Counted from the first letter of the stretch, positions 1-9,729 are shown. The stretch: 64,000 bases of DNA from Bacteroidales bacterium (GCA_004555765.1 SFHG01000001.1:20005-84004); one strand, 5' to 3'. A program made the numbers and translations. Notes: a model not told the origin generated them from the letters alone.

Positions 1-2597
1 AGCGAAGTGAAAGTAACCGAAGCAAAAGCACCCACAGAGAAAGCCACGTCACGGAACCGGATCAAGATGTAAACCGCCATCACGATGAGGGAGAGTACGA
101 CTGCTATGAGCGCACCGGTCTTAATGTCGTCAGCCATAGACGCACCCACCTTTTGGGAACTCTGTATGTAGTCGGAAGTAAACTGTTCGAGGGTAGTGCC
201 TTCTTTGAGCAACGGCTTGAGACCTTCGTAGAGCTTGCTTTCAATTTCGGCATCCACTTCGGGGGTGTTTTCCTCCACCTTGTAGTTAGTGGAGATGCGC
301 ACTTGATCCTCCGTGGAGATGGTGATGACGGTCACTTTGCCTTCAAACGGTGCGGAGAGCATATCCGTCACTTCGCCCGTGGTGACCGGCTTGTCGAAGC
401 GCACCACGAAGTTACGGCCACCCGTGAAATCGATACCGCTGTTGAGCCCTACGGTAAAGAGGGCGATGAGACCTGCCACAATTACGCCCAAAGCCACACC
501 GAAGCCGACTTTCTTATGACCGATGAAGTCGAAATTGGTATTCTCGAGGAAATTTTTGGAGAGCGAAGTCGTGAACGTGGTCTTGTCGAGCTTGCCTTTT
601 GTCGCCCATTTTTCAAAGAAAAGGCGTGTGAGGAAGACGGCGGTGAGGAAGGAACAGATAAGACCGATGATGAGCGTCGTGGCGAAACCGCGGATGGGAC
701 CGGTGCCGAAGCCGTAAAGGATGAATCCGGTGATGATGGTCGTAACGTTGGAGTCAATAATCGCGGAGAATGCATTGTTGTAGCCCTCTTCCACGGACTT
801 GGACATACTCTTACCTTTCTTCAGTTCCTCTTTGATACGCTCGAAGATCAGCACATTGGCATCCACCGCCATCCCGAGTGTCAGAACCATACCGGCGATA
901 CCGGCAAGCGTGAGGACGGCGTGCAGAGAGGCCAGAATGCCGAGAGTGAGGAAGAGGTTAATAAGAAGTGCGATGTCGGCCACAACACCGGGCAGGAACC
1001 CGTAAATGAGGCACATATAGACCATCAACAGCACGAGTGCGACGAGGAAGGAAACGAAACCTGCACGGATGGCTTCCTGACCGAGAGAAGGTCCTACGAC
1101 ATCTTCTTGGACGATGCGCACGGAGGCGGCCATCTTACCCGAGTTCAGTGTATTGGCAAGGTCGTTTGCCTCATCCACAGTGAAGTCACCGCTGATGGAG
1201 GAGACCCCGTTGGGGATCTCACTACTGACGTTAGGCGCGGAGTACACTACGTCGTCGAGGACGATGGCGATGGGACGACCGACGTTTTCCTTGGTGAGGC
1301 GTGCCCACTCCTTCGTACCGGCGGCATTCATCGTCATAGAGACCGTCACTTCCTGTGATCCCTGACGGTTTTGGATGTTGGTCTCAGCGTTGGTGACGAC
1401 GTCGCCTGAAAGAGCGGCCTGTCCGTCACGACGGGTAACCTTGATGGAATAGAGACCGAAGAGGTTGGAGCCGTCGGTCACTTCTTTGACGCCCCACAGA
1501 AGCTTAAGGTTACGGGGCAGTACGTCTTTCACTCTCGGGAGTGAGAGCAGAGAGTCGATCACAGCCATATCGGCGGCACGGGCATAGCCTACGATAGGCG
1601 CGGGGGCGAGCTGGCCGTTGTACGTATTGAGCTGGAGGAGGGAGAAGAGCGGGTGCTCGGCACTAATGGTCGTGGCAGCAGTGTCAGCCTTTGCGGTCTC
1701 TTCGGTGCCGGTCACTTTATTTGCCAAAGCGGTAAGGTCGTCGGAGACGGTTGCAGAATCGGCGGGTGTCTGAGTGGCGAGTGAGTCACCCACTGCGAGG
1801 GTGTCTGCCGGAGCTTCGTTTTTGGGCGCAGTGCCGGCGGTCTTGGCGAGGACTTGGTCTGCGGCCACAAGTGCCTCGTAGACCTCAGGCAAAATATAGG
1901 CTTCCCAAAATTCGAGGTTTGCCGACCCCTGAAGGAGCTTGCGGACACGCTCGGGTTCGGTGACGCCGGGGAGCTCGACAAGGATGCGGTCGGAGCCCTC
2001 AAGCTTTTGGAGGTTCGGAGCGACGACACCGAATCGGTCGATACGGTTGCGAAGGACTTTATGGGAAGACTCGATGGCAACCTTCAGTTCCTTGCGGAGG
2101 ACAGCCTCGACCTCGGCATCTGTACTGTTGGTATTGATCCGATCCTTCATATCGAGCGTACCGAATATGGCAGAGAGCCTTGCCCCGGGATCAAGAGTAT
2201 GCAGTTCGTCAATAAAGAGGGAAATAAAGTCTTTTTGACTGGTCTCCTTCTTCTTTTTTGCGTTCTCGAGCGCTTTGCGGAAGGCGGGATCTTGGTTGTG
2301 ACCGGAGAGGTTGTCTATAACCTCATCGACGTTGAGTTCGAGGATCACGTTCATCCCGCCCTTGAGGTCGAGACCGAGACCGATCTCGTTCTGACGAACC
2401 TCTTTGAGGGTGTAGGTGAGCCATACTTTCTTATTGGCCAAAGAATCGAGGTATGCGATTTCCTTCTTCACATCCCCGCCTGCGAACTCCTTAGCCTTCT
2501 TGGTGTAATGAGCGCCCACGACAGAGAACGAGAGGTAAAACGCACAAATCACCAAGAGAATAATAGCAGTCCACTTTACTAAACCTTTGTTCTGCAT
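1..2597 (-). CDS. secDF: Protein translocase subunit SecDF (fused SecD+SecF); 3' end cut by window edge
   Basis: Absent from the ORF track because it runs off the window. Manual reverse-strand translation from the ATG at 2597..2595 gives MQNKGLVKWTAIILLVICAFYLSF..., then LGLDLKGGMNVILE, GMAVDANVLIFERIKEE, and a second module GIDFTGGRNFVVRF. The frame is open to position 1. The + strand ORFs 153..1358 and 1854..2582 are antisense shadows. Confidence 0.9.
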   Translation of the reverse strand, partial: MQNKGLVKWTAIILLVICAFYLSFSVVGAHYTKKAKEFAGGDVKKEIAYLDSLANKKVWLTYTLKEVRQNEIGLGLDLKGGMNVILELNVDEVIDNLSGHNQDPAFRKALENAKKKKETSQKDFISLFIDELHTLDPGARLSAIFGTLDMKDRINTNSTDAEVEAVLRKELKVAIESSHKVLRNRIDRFGVVAPNLQKLEGSDRILVELPGVTEPERVRKLLQGSANLEFWEAYILPEVYEALVAADQVLAKTAGTAPKNEAPADTLAVGDSLATQTPADSATVSDDLTALANKVTGTEETAKADTAATTISAEHPLFSLLQLNTYNGQLAPAPIVGYARAADMAVIDSLLSLPRVKDVLPRNLKLLWGVKEVTDGSNLFGLYSIKVTRRDGQAALSGDVVTNAETNIQNRQGSQEVTVSMTMNAAGTKEWARLTKENVGRPIAIVLDDVVYSAPNVSSEIPNGVSSISGDFTVDEANDLANTLNSGKMAASVRIVQEDVVGPSLGQEAIRAGFVSFLVALVLLMVYMCLIYGFLPGVVADIALLINLFLTLGILASLHAVLTLAGIAGMVLTLGMAVDANVLIFERIKEELKKGKSMSKSVEEGYNNAFSAIIDSNVTTIITGFILYGFGTGPIRGFATTLIIGLICSFLTAVFLTRLFFEKWATKGKLDKTTFTTSLSKNFLENTNFDFIGHKKVGFGVALGVIVAGLIALFTVGLNSGIDFTGGRNFVVRFDKPVTTGEVTDMLSAPFEGKVTVITISTEDQVRISTNYKVEENTPEVDAEIESKLYEGLKPLLKEGTTLEQFTSDYIQSSQKVGASMADDIKTGALIAVVLSLIVMAVYILIRFRDVAFSVGAFASVTFTS

Positions 2598-2719
2598 CTC
2601 TTTAATTAATGGTTATCTAAAAATTAGATTTATGTCTCATTGAAAGGAAAACCGCGCCACCGGTCTTGATGGTTCCGATAGCGTAGGCATTCGAATCCCT
2701 CGGTTTTGCCTTTTGGGTG

Positions 2720-2727
2720 CAAATATA
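2720..2727 (-). promoter_or_regulatory. Candidate -7 box (TAnnTTTG) of the secDF promoter
   Basis: The reverse strand reads TATATTTG. It lies just downstream of the 2734..2779 terminator and about 120 nt upstream of the secDF ATG. Confidence 0.45.
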
Positions 2728-2733
2728 CCTCTT

Positions 2734-2779
2734 TTAATTCAAAGAGAGGCAGTCTCCGACAAAATCGGGACTGCCTCTC
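2734..2779 (-). terminator. Intrinsic terminator ending the riboswitch-led transcript
   Basis: Reverse strand: GAGAGGCAGTCCCGATTTTGTCGGAGACTGCCTCTC, a roughly 13-bp GC-rich stem, followed by TTTGAATT. Confidence 0.6.
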
Positions 2780-2960
2780 CGGCGATAATCCATGCATAGC
2801 TTCCGCGCTCTTCTCTCACGAGAAAAGGCAAAACCCAATGCGACGTATTTTTCTTACCCTTATGATCCGGTCTGGACTGTACTCTAACCTTGCAAGAAAG
2901 TTCGACCGGGGGCATCTCTCCTAACCCTCGAGAGAGATACGCCACACAGAGCCCTTGGGG

Positions 2961-3005
2961 ACAAAATCGGACGGGTGAAACTTTTTCTTGGCACTAAAAC
3001 CCGTC
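2961..3005 (-). terminator. Candidate riboswitch expression-platform terminator
   Basis: Reverse strand: GACGGGT, a 22-nt loop, ACCCGTC, then CGATTTTGT. It sits about 30 nt downstream of the B12 box. Confidence 0.4.
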
Positions 3006-3034
3006 TTGTCGCTCGCTCGGCTCCTGCATTTATG

Positions 3035-3232
3035 CACGTTACGGCAGGTTTTCTGACTTCCTCCCGTCCCGAGAGACCTTCCCGGACGACTTTCGTCACA
3101 TCCAGTGGTCGAGCCCTTTCGGAAAAAGGACAGCCGAAGGCTTGCGACCTTTGGTCTCGAAACGGTTAGTGAGGTACACAGCAGCGGGGCTGTACGAGAT
3201 TCGCACTCGTTTCCCTTTTCTCCGGAATGATT
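3035..3232 (-). promoter_or_regulatory. Cobalamin (B12) riboswitch aptamer
   Basis: The reverse strand reads AAAAGGGAAACGAGTGCGAATCTCGTACAGCCCCGCTGCTGTG, matching the conserved GGGAA..GTG..AA.C....CCCGC..CTGT core. It continues with ..GACCACTGG..CCGGGAAGGTC.. and the B12 box GGAAGTCAGAAAACCTGCC (3043..3058 on the + strand). Boundaries are approximate. Confidence 0.8.
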
Positions 3233-3323
3233 GGATCCGGACACCGTGGCTCAAAGGTACCACTTTTTTGGTTAACTTTGAGTCCCGATAACGAATTACC
3301 GACCTCTTTTTCAGAATCCGCTT

Positions 3324-3947
3324 ATGACAGTTTTAAAAGACGCTTTCAGCGCAAACGCCCTCCAAATCTTTAACAGTGCCATTACGGAATACCACATCAT
3401 CGATGACGTGGACCAGCCTTACGCCTCGCCCTTCCCTCAAGGCGGCATAGAGGAGATGCTGTACCGCAAGTGCTGGATCGACACCGTGCAGTGGCACTTG
3501 GAGGACATCATCCGCGACCCCGGAATTGATCCTTCGGATGCCCTTAGTCTGAAACGTCGCATCGACAAAAGCAACCAAGACCGCACCGACCTCGTGGAGC
3601 AGATCGACACCTATTTCTTGGACAAATACAAGGACGTCACGCCCGAGAAAGACGCCAGGCTCAATACCGAGTCCCCCGCGTGGGCCATCGACCGTCTGAG
3701 CATCCTCCGGCTCAAAATTTACCACATGACGGACGAGGCAAACCGCGAAGGCATCACTCCGGAAAAGCGGACCAAGGTGCGCGCCAAGCTCTCCGTCCTT
3801 TTGGAGCAAAACGAAGACCTTTCGCGTGCCATAGACGAGCTTCTGGAGGACTACGCCACGGGACACAAAGTGATGAAAGTCTACCGGCAGATGAAGATGT
3901 ACAACGACCCCTCCCTCAACCCCGTCCTTTATGCCAAGAGGAAGTAA
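3324..3947 (+). CDS. DUF4254-like protein (Bacteroidetes protein usually paired with a GT9 heptosyltransferase)
   Basis: 207-aa ORF with normal composition. Its stop overlaps the start of the next gene. The family assignment is from memory of the DUF4254+GT9 pairing and was not searched. Confidence 0.6.
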   Translation: MTVLKDAFSANALQIFNSAITEYHIIDDVDQPYASPFPQGGIEEMLYRKCWIDTVQWHLEDIIRDPGIDPSDALSLKRRIDKSNQDRTDLVEQIDTYFLDKYKDVTPEKDARLNTESPAWAIDRLSILRLKIYHMTDEANREGITPEKRTKVRAKLSVLLEQNEDLSRAIDELLEDYATGHKVMKVYRQMKMYNDPSLNPVLYAKRK

Positions 3948-4950
3948 AGGAAGACACGATCCGGACGTTATTTTCATCAGACTTTCGGCACTCGGCGACG
4001 TCGCGATGACGCTGCCTTTCGTCTACGAAATCTGCCGTCAGAACCCCTCGGGGCGCTTCCTTTTCGTGACGACGCCCTTCCCCTCCAAGCTCTTTATCGA
4101 CAAACCCGCAAACCTCCGGACGGTCGTCTTCCGAAAAAAGGAAGACCGGACGATTCCTTTCGCACTCCGGCTCCACAAGATGGCTCGGAGAGCCGAAGTC
4201 GTCGACCTCCACGCCATACCCCGGACACGATGGATCACCCTTGTCCTCAGACTCCTCGGACACCACGTCACCACTCTCGACAAACCCCGGGAAGCACGCC
4301 GCAGACTTCTCGGTCGGAGGTTCGAGCCCGAAGTGCCACGCAGCCTGTACGTTCCCCGGATGACGCAGCTGTACAGGGAGACACTCGGACGAGCCCGTTT
4401 CCCCTATGACGGGGAGGCGAAGTCTTTGGGAAAAGCAGAAACGGAGAAAAAAATAGGTCTCGCACTTTTCGCCCGACATGAGGGCAAGATGCTCCTGCCC
4501 ACACAGGAGGAGGAACTCGTGGCGCTTTTGAGCCAAAACTTCCCCGACTTCGAGATTATGCTCTACGGAGCCAATGAGACTTACGAGCTTGAGAGACGGC
4601 GCGAACTCGCCACCCCCTACTCTAACGTTCTCGTGGCAGACCACGCCACGTTTGAAGACGAGATGCACGAAATCTCGTCACTTGCCTGTATGGTCAGTAT
4701 GGACAGCGCCAATCAGCACATCGCCAGATTCCTCGGCGTGCCGGTCGTCTCTCTCTGGATGCAGACGCACCCCGCGGCGGGGTTCCTTCCATTCGGAATG
4801 ACCGAAGAGGACTGCATCGGTACAGACCTGGAGTGTCGCCCCTGCTCCGTATATGGCAATAAGCCCTGCCGGCGCCGTGACTGGGCGTGCAAGCACAGGC
4901 TCGACCTCGGATCCGTCATAGAGAGAATTAAGGCAGTCTTAGAAGGATAA
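3931..4950 (+). CDS. Glycosyltransferase family 9 (LPS heptosyltransferase-like)
   Basis: N-terminal VIFIRLSALGDVAMTLP matches the GT9 RLSAxGD motif. Length is 339 aa. It overlaps the upstream gene by 17 nt. Confidence 0.75.
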   Translation: MPRGSKGRHDPDVIFIRLSALGDVAMTLPFVYEICRQNPSGRFLFVTTPFPSKLFIDKPANLRTVVFRKKEDRTIPFALRLHKMARRAEVVDLHAIPRTRWITLVLRLLGHHVTTLDKPREARRRLLGRRFEPEVPRSLYVPRMTQLYRETLGRARFPYDGEAKSLGKAETEKKIGLALFARHEGKMLLPTQEEELVALLSQNFPDFEIMLYGANETYELERRRELATPYSNVLVADHATFEDEMHEISSLACMVSMDSANQHIARFLGVPVVSLWMQTHPAAGFLPFGMTEEDCIGTDLECRPCSVYGNKPCRRRDWACKHRLDLGSVIERIKAVLEG

Positions 4951-4968
4951 TCTTTTTTTGCACGAACC

Positions 4969-5027
4969 AAAAATAAATTCTTGGTCTGACCCGGACAGAT
5001 CTTCCGGTCAGACCAAGAATTTATTTT
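4969..5027. terminator. Bidirectional terminator hairpin between convergent genes
   Basis: AAAATAAATTCTTGGTCTGACC, a 14-nt loop, then GGTCAGACCAAGAATTTATTTT. This is a 22-bp perfect stem with A/T tracts on both sides. Confidence 0.7.
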
Positions 5028-5121
5028 AGGTCTGTACTTCTTTTATTTCGGTCTTTCAGCGTCGTCCGGAGAGGTGACAGGGCGTGCCTCGCACGTGCCT
5101 CTTCCCGGCGACTACCGACCG

Positions 5122-6261
5122 TCAGAGAAGACCAGCTTCCTTGAGCTTGGCGTCCACTTCGTCCGGATCGTTGGTACGGACGAGGATGGTACCGTCGGGA
5201 GAGATGAGCACGAGGTTGGGGATAGCCGTCACACCATAGACATCGGCCGCTTTACTCCCGGCATCAAAGAACGTGATCCAGTTCATGCCGAGCTCTTCAC
5301 GTGCCTTTTGGTTCTGCTCGGGCGTCTCCTGGAGCCCTCCGATGCTGAGGACGGTGAGTTTGTCACCCAGTGCCTTATTGAGTTTGGCAAGGTGGGGCAT
5401 AGCCGCACGGCAGGGACCGCACCAGGAAGCCCAAAAATCGACAAGGAGATAGGTATCGGGCTTCCACAACTCGGAGATGCTTTTCGTAACACCTTTGTCG
5501 TCGGTCATGGACACATCGACATATTTGGTGCCGACGGCGGTAGAAGCGCTCTTTTTGTAAAGGGAGTAGATTTCCTTGTTGAAGTAATAGTTCTTTACGA
5601 CATCACCGGCGGCATCGTAGCGGGCGATGAAGTCGCTTTCATCTTCAAAAGGCAGGTACCCGAAGACCAAGGCACCCACAAGGTTGTCCTTATTGGCCTC
5701 GTATTCCTTTTGATGGAAAGCATTCATACCGGACTCGTACAGGGAGTCGATGAGCTGCTTTTCGCTCTCCAATTTCGCCACTTCTTCCAACGAAAGAGAA
5801 TCCCTTTTCTGCCACTGTTCAAACCAGGCCTGGTGACGGGCAAGGAGAGGATCCTCCACCTCGCTTTTGCGCTTGGAGAACTCGCTGATTTGGGTGTTAA
5901 GTCCATTCTCGGGCGTGACCGAGTAGACGAGGGCATCTTTGAAAGTGCCGGTCTCGGTACGAAGCTCCGCAGTGCCGGGTTCGGGGACAAAGGAGACACT
6001 ACCTGTGACACGATCGGAAAGGGTATAGATATCGGAAGTGGAAACACTGTCGATGACCAACTTAAAAGATCCGTTCTGTACAAGAACGGAGTCCATGGGT
6101 TCACGACTGTAGGCAAAGACATAGACGTATTTGCCATTAAGGTCGGAAGAAAGACCCGATCCGGTGAGCGTAAAAGTAGAGGCGCTCTTCCCACCCCCGC
6201 AACCCGCAAGGAGCGAGACGGAAGCAACGGCGAGCCAAGGTAGAAGTCGGTGTTTGTTCAT
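5122..6261 (-). CDS. TlpA-like thiol:disulfide oxidoreductase lipoprotein (thioredoxin fold)
   Basis: Start taken at MNKHRLLPWLAVASVSLLAGC (lipobox), not at the 700-aa ORF start. The C-terminal domain contains LLVDFWASWCGPCR (CXXC) and a cis-Pro motif, TAIPNLVLISPDG. Confidence 0.85.
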   Translation of the reverse strand: MNKHRLLPWLAVASVSLLAGCGGGKSASTFTLTGSGLSSDLNGKYVYVFAYSREPMDSVLVQNGSFKLVIDSVSTSDIYTLSDRVTGSVSFVPEPGTAELRTETGTFKDALVYSVTPENGLNTQISEFSKRKSEVEDPLLARHQAWFEQWQKRDSLSLEEVAKLESEKQLIDSLYESGMNAFHQKEYEANKDNLVGALVFGYLPFEDESDFIARYDAAGDVVKNYYFNKEIYSLYKKSASTAVGTKYVDVSMTDDKGVTKSISELWKPDTYLLVDFWASWCGPCRAAMPHLAKLNKALGDKLTVLSIGGLQETPEQNQKAREELGMNWITFFDAGSKAADVYGVTAIPNLVLISPDGTILVRTNDPDEVDAKLKEAGLL

Positions 6262-6450
6262 TTTTGTCTTTGAGAAATAAAAGTGTTCTTGGAAAAATAA
6301 AATACGCCCGCAAGATATCCAAATTATTTGACTCATCAATACCTCTCCTTGCCGATGGTGCGGGGAGATCGCGTCGGTACGTCCGATTTTTGGGCTATCT
6401 TTACGAAGCAAAATCCAAACAACGCCCAAAACAAACAGGAAAGAAAGATT

Positions 6451-7809
6451 ATGAACGCGCTCATCCTTGGTGGCGGAGGTCGCGAACAAGCTCTCGCTTG
6501 GAAAATCTCCCAAAGCCCCCTCATCGATATTCTTTACCTTGCGCCCGGCAACGGAGGCTCTTTCCCGAAGTGCCTTAACGTCGCACTGAGTGAGGCGGAT
6601 TTCCCCGCCATAGCCGATTTCGTCAAAAAGCACGACGTAGAGCTCCTCGTCGTCGGACCCGAGCAACCCCTTGTGGACGGCATCGTCGATTTCCTCGCCG
6701 GAGATGCCGACCTTGCCGGACTTCATATCGTCGGCCCCACGGCCTTCGGGGCACGCCTGGAGAGCAGCAAGGCTTTCGCCAAAGAATTTATGGCCCGGCA
6801 AGGCATCAAGACCGCAGCCTACAAATCTTTCTCGGGCGAAGGCGGCATAGAAGCCGCGGCGGACTTCATCCGCGGTCTCGGTCACGGTCCCTACGTCCTG
6901 AAAGCCGACGGTTTGGCAGCCGGGAAGGGGGTTCTCATCATCGAAGAGGAGGACGAAGCAGTGCGCGCCTCTGAGGAGATGCTGAGGGGGAAGTTCGGAG
7001 AAGCAAGCCGCACGGTGGTTATAGAGGAGTTCCTCTCCGGTATAGAGTGCTCCGTCTTTTTCCTCACCGACGGCAAGAGCTACACCCTGCTGCCGGTCGC
7101 CAAAGACTACAAGCGGATTGGAGACGGCGACACGGGTCTCAATACCGGCGGGATGGGATCCGTCTCTCCCGTCCCCTTCGCCAATAAGGATTTTATGGAC
7201 AAGGTGGAAAGGGAAATTGTCCAAAGGACGGTCGACGGCATCTCCCCGGATGTCTACAAGGGCTTTGTCTTCCTGGGGCTGATGGACGTAGAGGGCGAGC
7301 CTTTCGTCATAGAGTATAACGTCCGGATGGGAGACCCCGAGACGGAGTCCGTGATGCGCCGCATCGACGGCGACCTCGTACCTTATCTCTTGGCTCTGAA
7401 AGAAGAGAAGCTCGGTGACCTCGGGCCTCTGAAAGAGACGGAAGAGACAGCCCTCACCCTTATCCTCGCCTCAGGGGGCTATCCCGAGAAATACGCCAAG
7501 GGCTTCACCATCTCCGGCATCGAAGAAGCCGAGAAGCTCGGCGCAGTCGTCTTCCACGCGGGGACCAAGTCCACGACCGACGGCGGTATCGTGACCGCCG
7601 GCGGGCGCGTCCTTGCCGTCTCTGCCACCGGCTACGGGCTGGAGGAGGCTCGGGAGAAGGCCTACGCCGCAGCGGAAGCCATCACTTTTGAAAAAGTCTA
7701 CAAGAGAAACGACATCGGCTCCGACCTGCTTGCCTTTATGAAAGGCTGCATCCGCAAGGAGACGAAGAAGCTGTGGGAAGGGATCTTCAAGCGCGAAGAT
7801 AAGAAGTAA
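6451..7809 (+). CDS. purD: Phosphoribosylamine--glycine ligase
   Basis: MNALILGGGGREQALAWKISQSP..., ATP-grasp region, ..YNVRMGDPETE... The ORF-track start at 6328 is an upstream extension. Confidence 0.92.
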   Translation: MNALILGGGGREQALAWKISQSPLIDILYLAPGNGGSFPKCLNVALSEADFPAIADFVKKHDVELLVVGPEQPLVDGIVDFLAGDADLAGLHIVGPTAFGARLESSKAFAKEFMARQGIKTAAYKSFSGEGGIEAAADFIRGLGHGPYVLKADGLAAGKGVLIIEEEDEAVRASEEMLRGKFGEASRTVVIEEFLSGIECSVFFLTDGKSYTLLPVAKDYKRIGDGDTGLNTGGMGSVSPVPFANKDFMDKVEREIVQRTVDGISPDVYKGFVFLGLMDVEGEPFVIEYNVRMGDPETESVMRRIDGDLVPYLLALKEEKLGDLGPLKETEETALTLILASGGYPEKYAKGFTISGIEEAEKLGAVVFHAGTKSTTDGGIVTAGGRVLAVSATGYGLEEAREKAYAAAEAITFEKVYKRNDIGSDLLAFMKGCIRKETKKLWEGIFKREDKK

Positions 7810-8705
7810 TGCCACCAGAGCCTCAGAGTCTTGCCGGCGCGGTTTGGACGGGTCTCGAGCTGCTCCTCCCCTCTGTCACGCACCCCGGTGCAGTGACGCT
7901 CTTTCTTTGGCTCTCCGCCCTTCTCTTCATCGTCCTCCTTCACCGCCACAACGTACTCGGCTACGGCTCGGAGCGGGACACGGGGCTCGCGGAACTATTC
8001 CTCCTCGGCACCCTCTCGGCCTTACCTCATGACGGCGCCCTTCCTCTGCTGTGGGCGGTGCTTACCGGGGTTCTTTTCGTGGAGACTGTGTCACGGGTAC
8101 TCCTCTCCTACGCGCTGAAGAGGGGGCCGGTGATCGCGTTTGAAGTGGGGTTCGGCTTGGGGCTGCTCGCCGTCATCCACCCCGCCTACGTACTTTTCGC
8201 GCCCTATCTGCTCTACAAGTTTTCGCGCCTGAGGCTTCTTTCCTCGAAACACTTCTCCGCCTTCGTTATGGCCTTTGTGGCGGCGTGGTGGCTCTCTGTC
8301 GTCCTCTTTGCGGAGCCTTCGGTCGCTGGACTTTGGTCGTTCGCCGTGGGGCGGGTATCCCTCCTATCCGGAATCGCCTTTCCCGAGGGAAAGACGCTCC
8401 TTTTCCTCATCGGGTTGCTCGTCATCCTCATCGCCGTGAGTGCCAAAGTCTATGTCCTCTCTCCCCGGTCCATCGCCCGCCACAAGTGGGTGCTGGTCTT
8501 CCAGATCAGTGTCGCTTGGATGGCCTTTGCGCTTGCCGTCCCGTACAGCGACCGGCTCTCTTTTCCCGTCATCACCCTTTTCTTTCTTTCTTCCATACTC
8601 CGCCACCTCATCGGCGTGAGCGGAGACAGGGAGCAGGCTCCCGGTCCGGTCTTTCTCTCTGCTCTTGCGCTTGGGGCGGGGTTCATCGTTTGGAGCCTAA
8701 TTTAG
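7809..8705 (+). CDS. Hypothetical polytopic membrane protein
   Basis: 298 aa with multiple hydrophobic segments. Its ATG overlaps the purD stop (TAATG). No family recognised. Confidence 0.55.
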   Translation: MPPEPQSLAGAVWTGLELLLPSVTHPGAVTLFLWLSALLFIVLLHRHNVLGYGSERDTGLAELFLLGTLSALPHDGALPLLWAVLTGVLFVETVSRVLLSYALKRGPVIAFEVGFGLGLLAVIHPAYVLFAPYLLYKFSRLRLLSSKHFSAFVMAFVAAWWLSVVLFAEPSVAGLWSFAVGRVSLLSGIAFPEGKTLLFLIGLLVILIAVSAKVYVLSPRSIARHKWVLVFQISVAWMAFALAVPYSDRLSFPVITLFFLSSILRHLIGVSGDREQAPGPVFLSALALGAGFIVWSLI

Positions 8706-8744
8706 GCAAACCCTCCTTCCTGCTCTGATTTTATTTCAAAAGCC

Positions 8745-9305
8745 ATGCTCGACTTTCTCATCAATTACGGCTACATAGGGGTCTTTCTGGCCGCCTTTCT
8801 TGCCGCCACGATTTTGCCGTTCTCCAGTGAAGTGGTCATCGCGGGCGTGATGGCCACCGGTGCCGATTACTGGACGCTCATTTTCTCTGCCACTATGGGC
8901 AACGTCCTCGGCGGTATGACCTGCTACCTCCTCGGACACCTGGGCAAAAGGGAGTGGATCACCAAATATCTCGGCATGAAAGAGGAGACGGTGGACAAGT
9001 GGACACGTTTCTTGCAGGGAAAAGGCTCGTGGATGGCTTTTTGGGTCTTCCTGCCCGGGGTGGGCGACTTCTTTGCCGTGGCGCTCGGACTGCTGAGGGC
9101 AAATGTCTGGTCGGTACTCGCCTTTATGACAGCGGGCAAATTCCTAAGGTACGTCGGTCTGGGCGAAGGGTTCAAGTACACGGCGGACAACTGGGAGGCG
9201 ATCTTGGGCTTCGTCTCCGCTCATCCGCTTGTCCCCGCCCTCATCACGCTTATACTCCTCATCGCTCTCGGTTGGTACCTTGTGCGCAAAGCGAAGAAAG
9301 GATAA
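8745..9305 (+). CDS. YqaA/DedA-type (SNARE-associated) membrane protein
   Basis: MLDFLINYGYIGVFLAAFLAATILPFSSEVV... and ..GNVLGGMTCYLLG.. are typical of YqaA-like proteins. Length is 186 aa. Confidence 0.7.
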   Translation: MLDFLINYGYIGVFLAAFLAATILPFSSEVVIAGVMATGADYWTLIFSATMGNVLGGMTCYLLGHLGKREWITKYLGMKEETVDKWTRFLQGKGSWMAFWVFLPGVGDFFAVALGLLRANVWSVLAFMTAGKFLRYVGLGEGFKYTADNWEAILGFVSAHPLVPALITLILLIALGWYLVRKAKKG

Positions 9306-9376
9306 TAGGGGCAGGCGGCTCCTACGGAGCCGATTACCGCTGACGCGGTCTTTACCCCGGGCACTCCGTGTCACCC

Positions 9377-9394
9377 GCCCCTACGGGGCTTTTT
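9377..9394 (+). terminator. Small intrinsic terminator downstream of the YqaA-like gene
   Basis: GCCCC-tac-GGGGC followed by TTTTT. Confidence 0.45.
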
Positions 9395-9485
9395 AGTCTC
9401 ACCCCCTTAGTTTTATCCTCTACCACCACCCGGGCTTTTTTGCACGTACCGGGGAAATCTTTTCGCACAAAGCTACCGGAGAAAA

Positions 9486-9523
9486 GAGACACGTACCAAG
9501 GCTATCTTCCCGGTACGTGTCTC
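9486..9523. repeat. Member of the intergenic hairpin repeat family
   Basis: gagacacgtacc, 14 nt, then ggtacgtgtctc. Further half-sites (ggtacagacc, cacgtaccg) follow to about 9570. Confidence 0.7.
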
Positions 9524-9729
9524 GTTTCTTTGGGGTACAGACCGAAACGATTGCCTTGCACGTACCGAAAACGGTTCGGATTTAGAATGCCGCATTTCTG
9601 AGGATCCGATTTACGTTGTCAGTCTGACTGATTTTTTATACCTTTGCCGCGGTTAACCCGTCACACGCGTGACAAAAGCATGCGTCTCAGAAATATCCGG
9701 GTAATGCAACAACACACAAAAACGTCAAA

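Noticed and set aside
153-2582. Long + strand ORFs (153..1358, 401 aa; 1854..2582, 242 aa) offered by the ORF track
   Set aside because: They lie antisense to an uninterrupted, clearly recognisable SecDF frame on the minus strand. Their composition is Gly/Asp/Glu/His/Arg-rich with no motifs, typical of shadow ORFs in high-GC DNA.
2640-3260. tmRNA or RNase P RNA in the roughly 650-nt gene-free stretch upstream of secDF
   Set aside because: I looked for GGGGCTGA..., a tRNA-like 3' end with CCA, and the RNase P GAGGAAAGTCCGG / ACAGAAA motifs. Only weak partial resemblances exist (GGGGCTGTACGAGATTCG, GACGAAAGTCGTCCGGG). These same segments are fully explained as parts of a cobalamin riboswitch on the minus strand.
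9368-9601. 77-aa ORF and neighbours in the 425-bp spacer between the YqaA-like gene and the small OMP gene
   Set aside because: The ORF is composed of terminator hairpins and repeat-family units. There is no start context and no plausible protein features.
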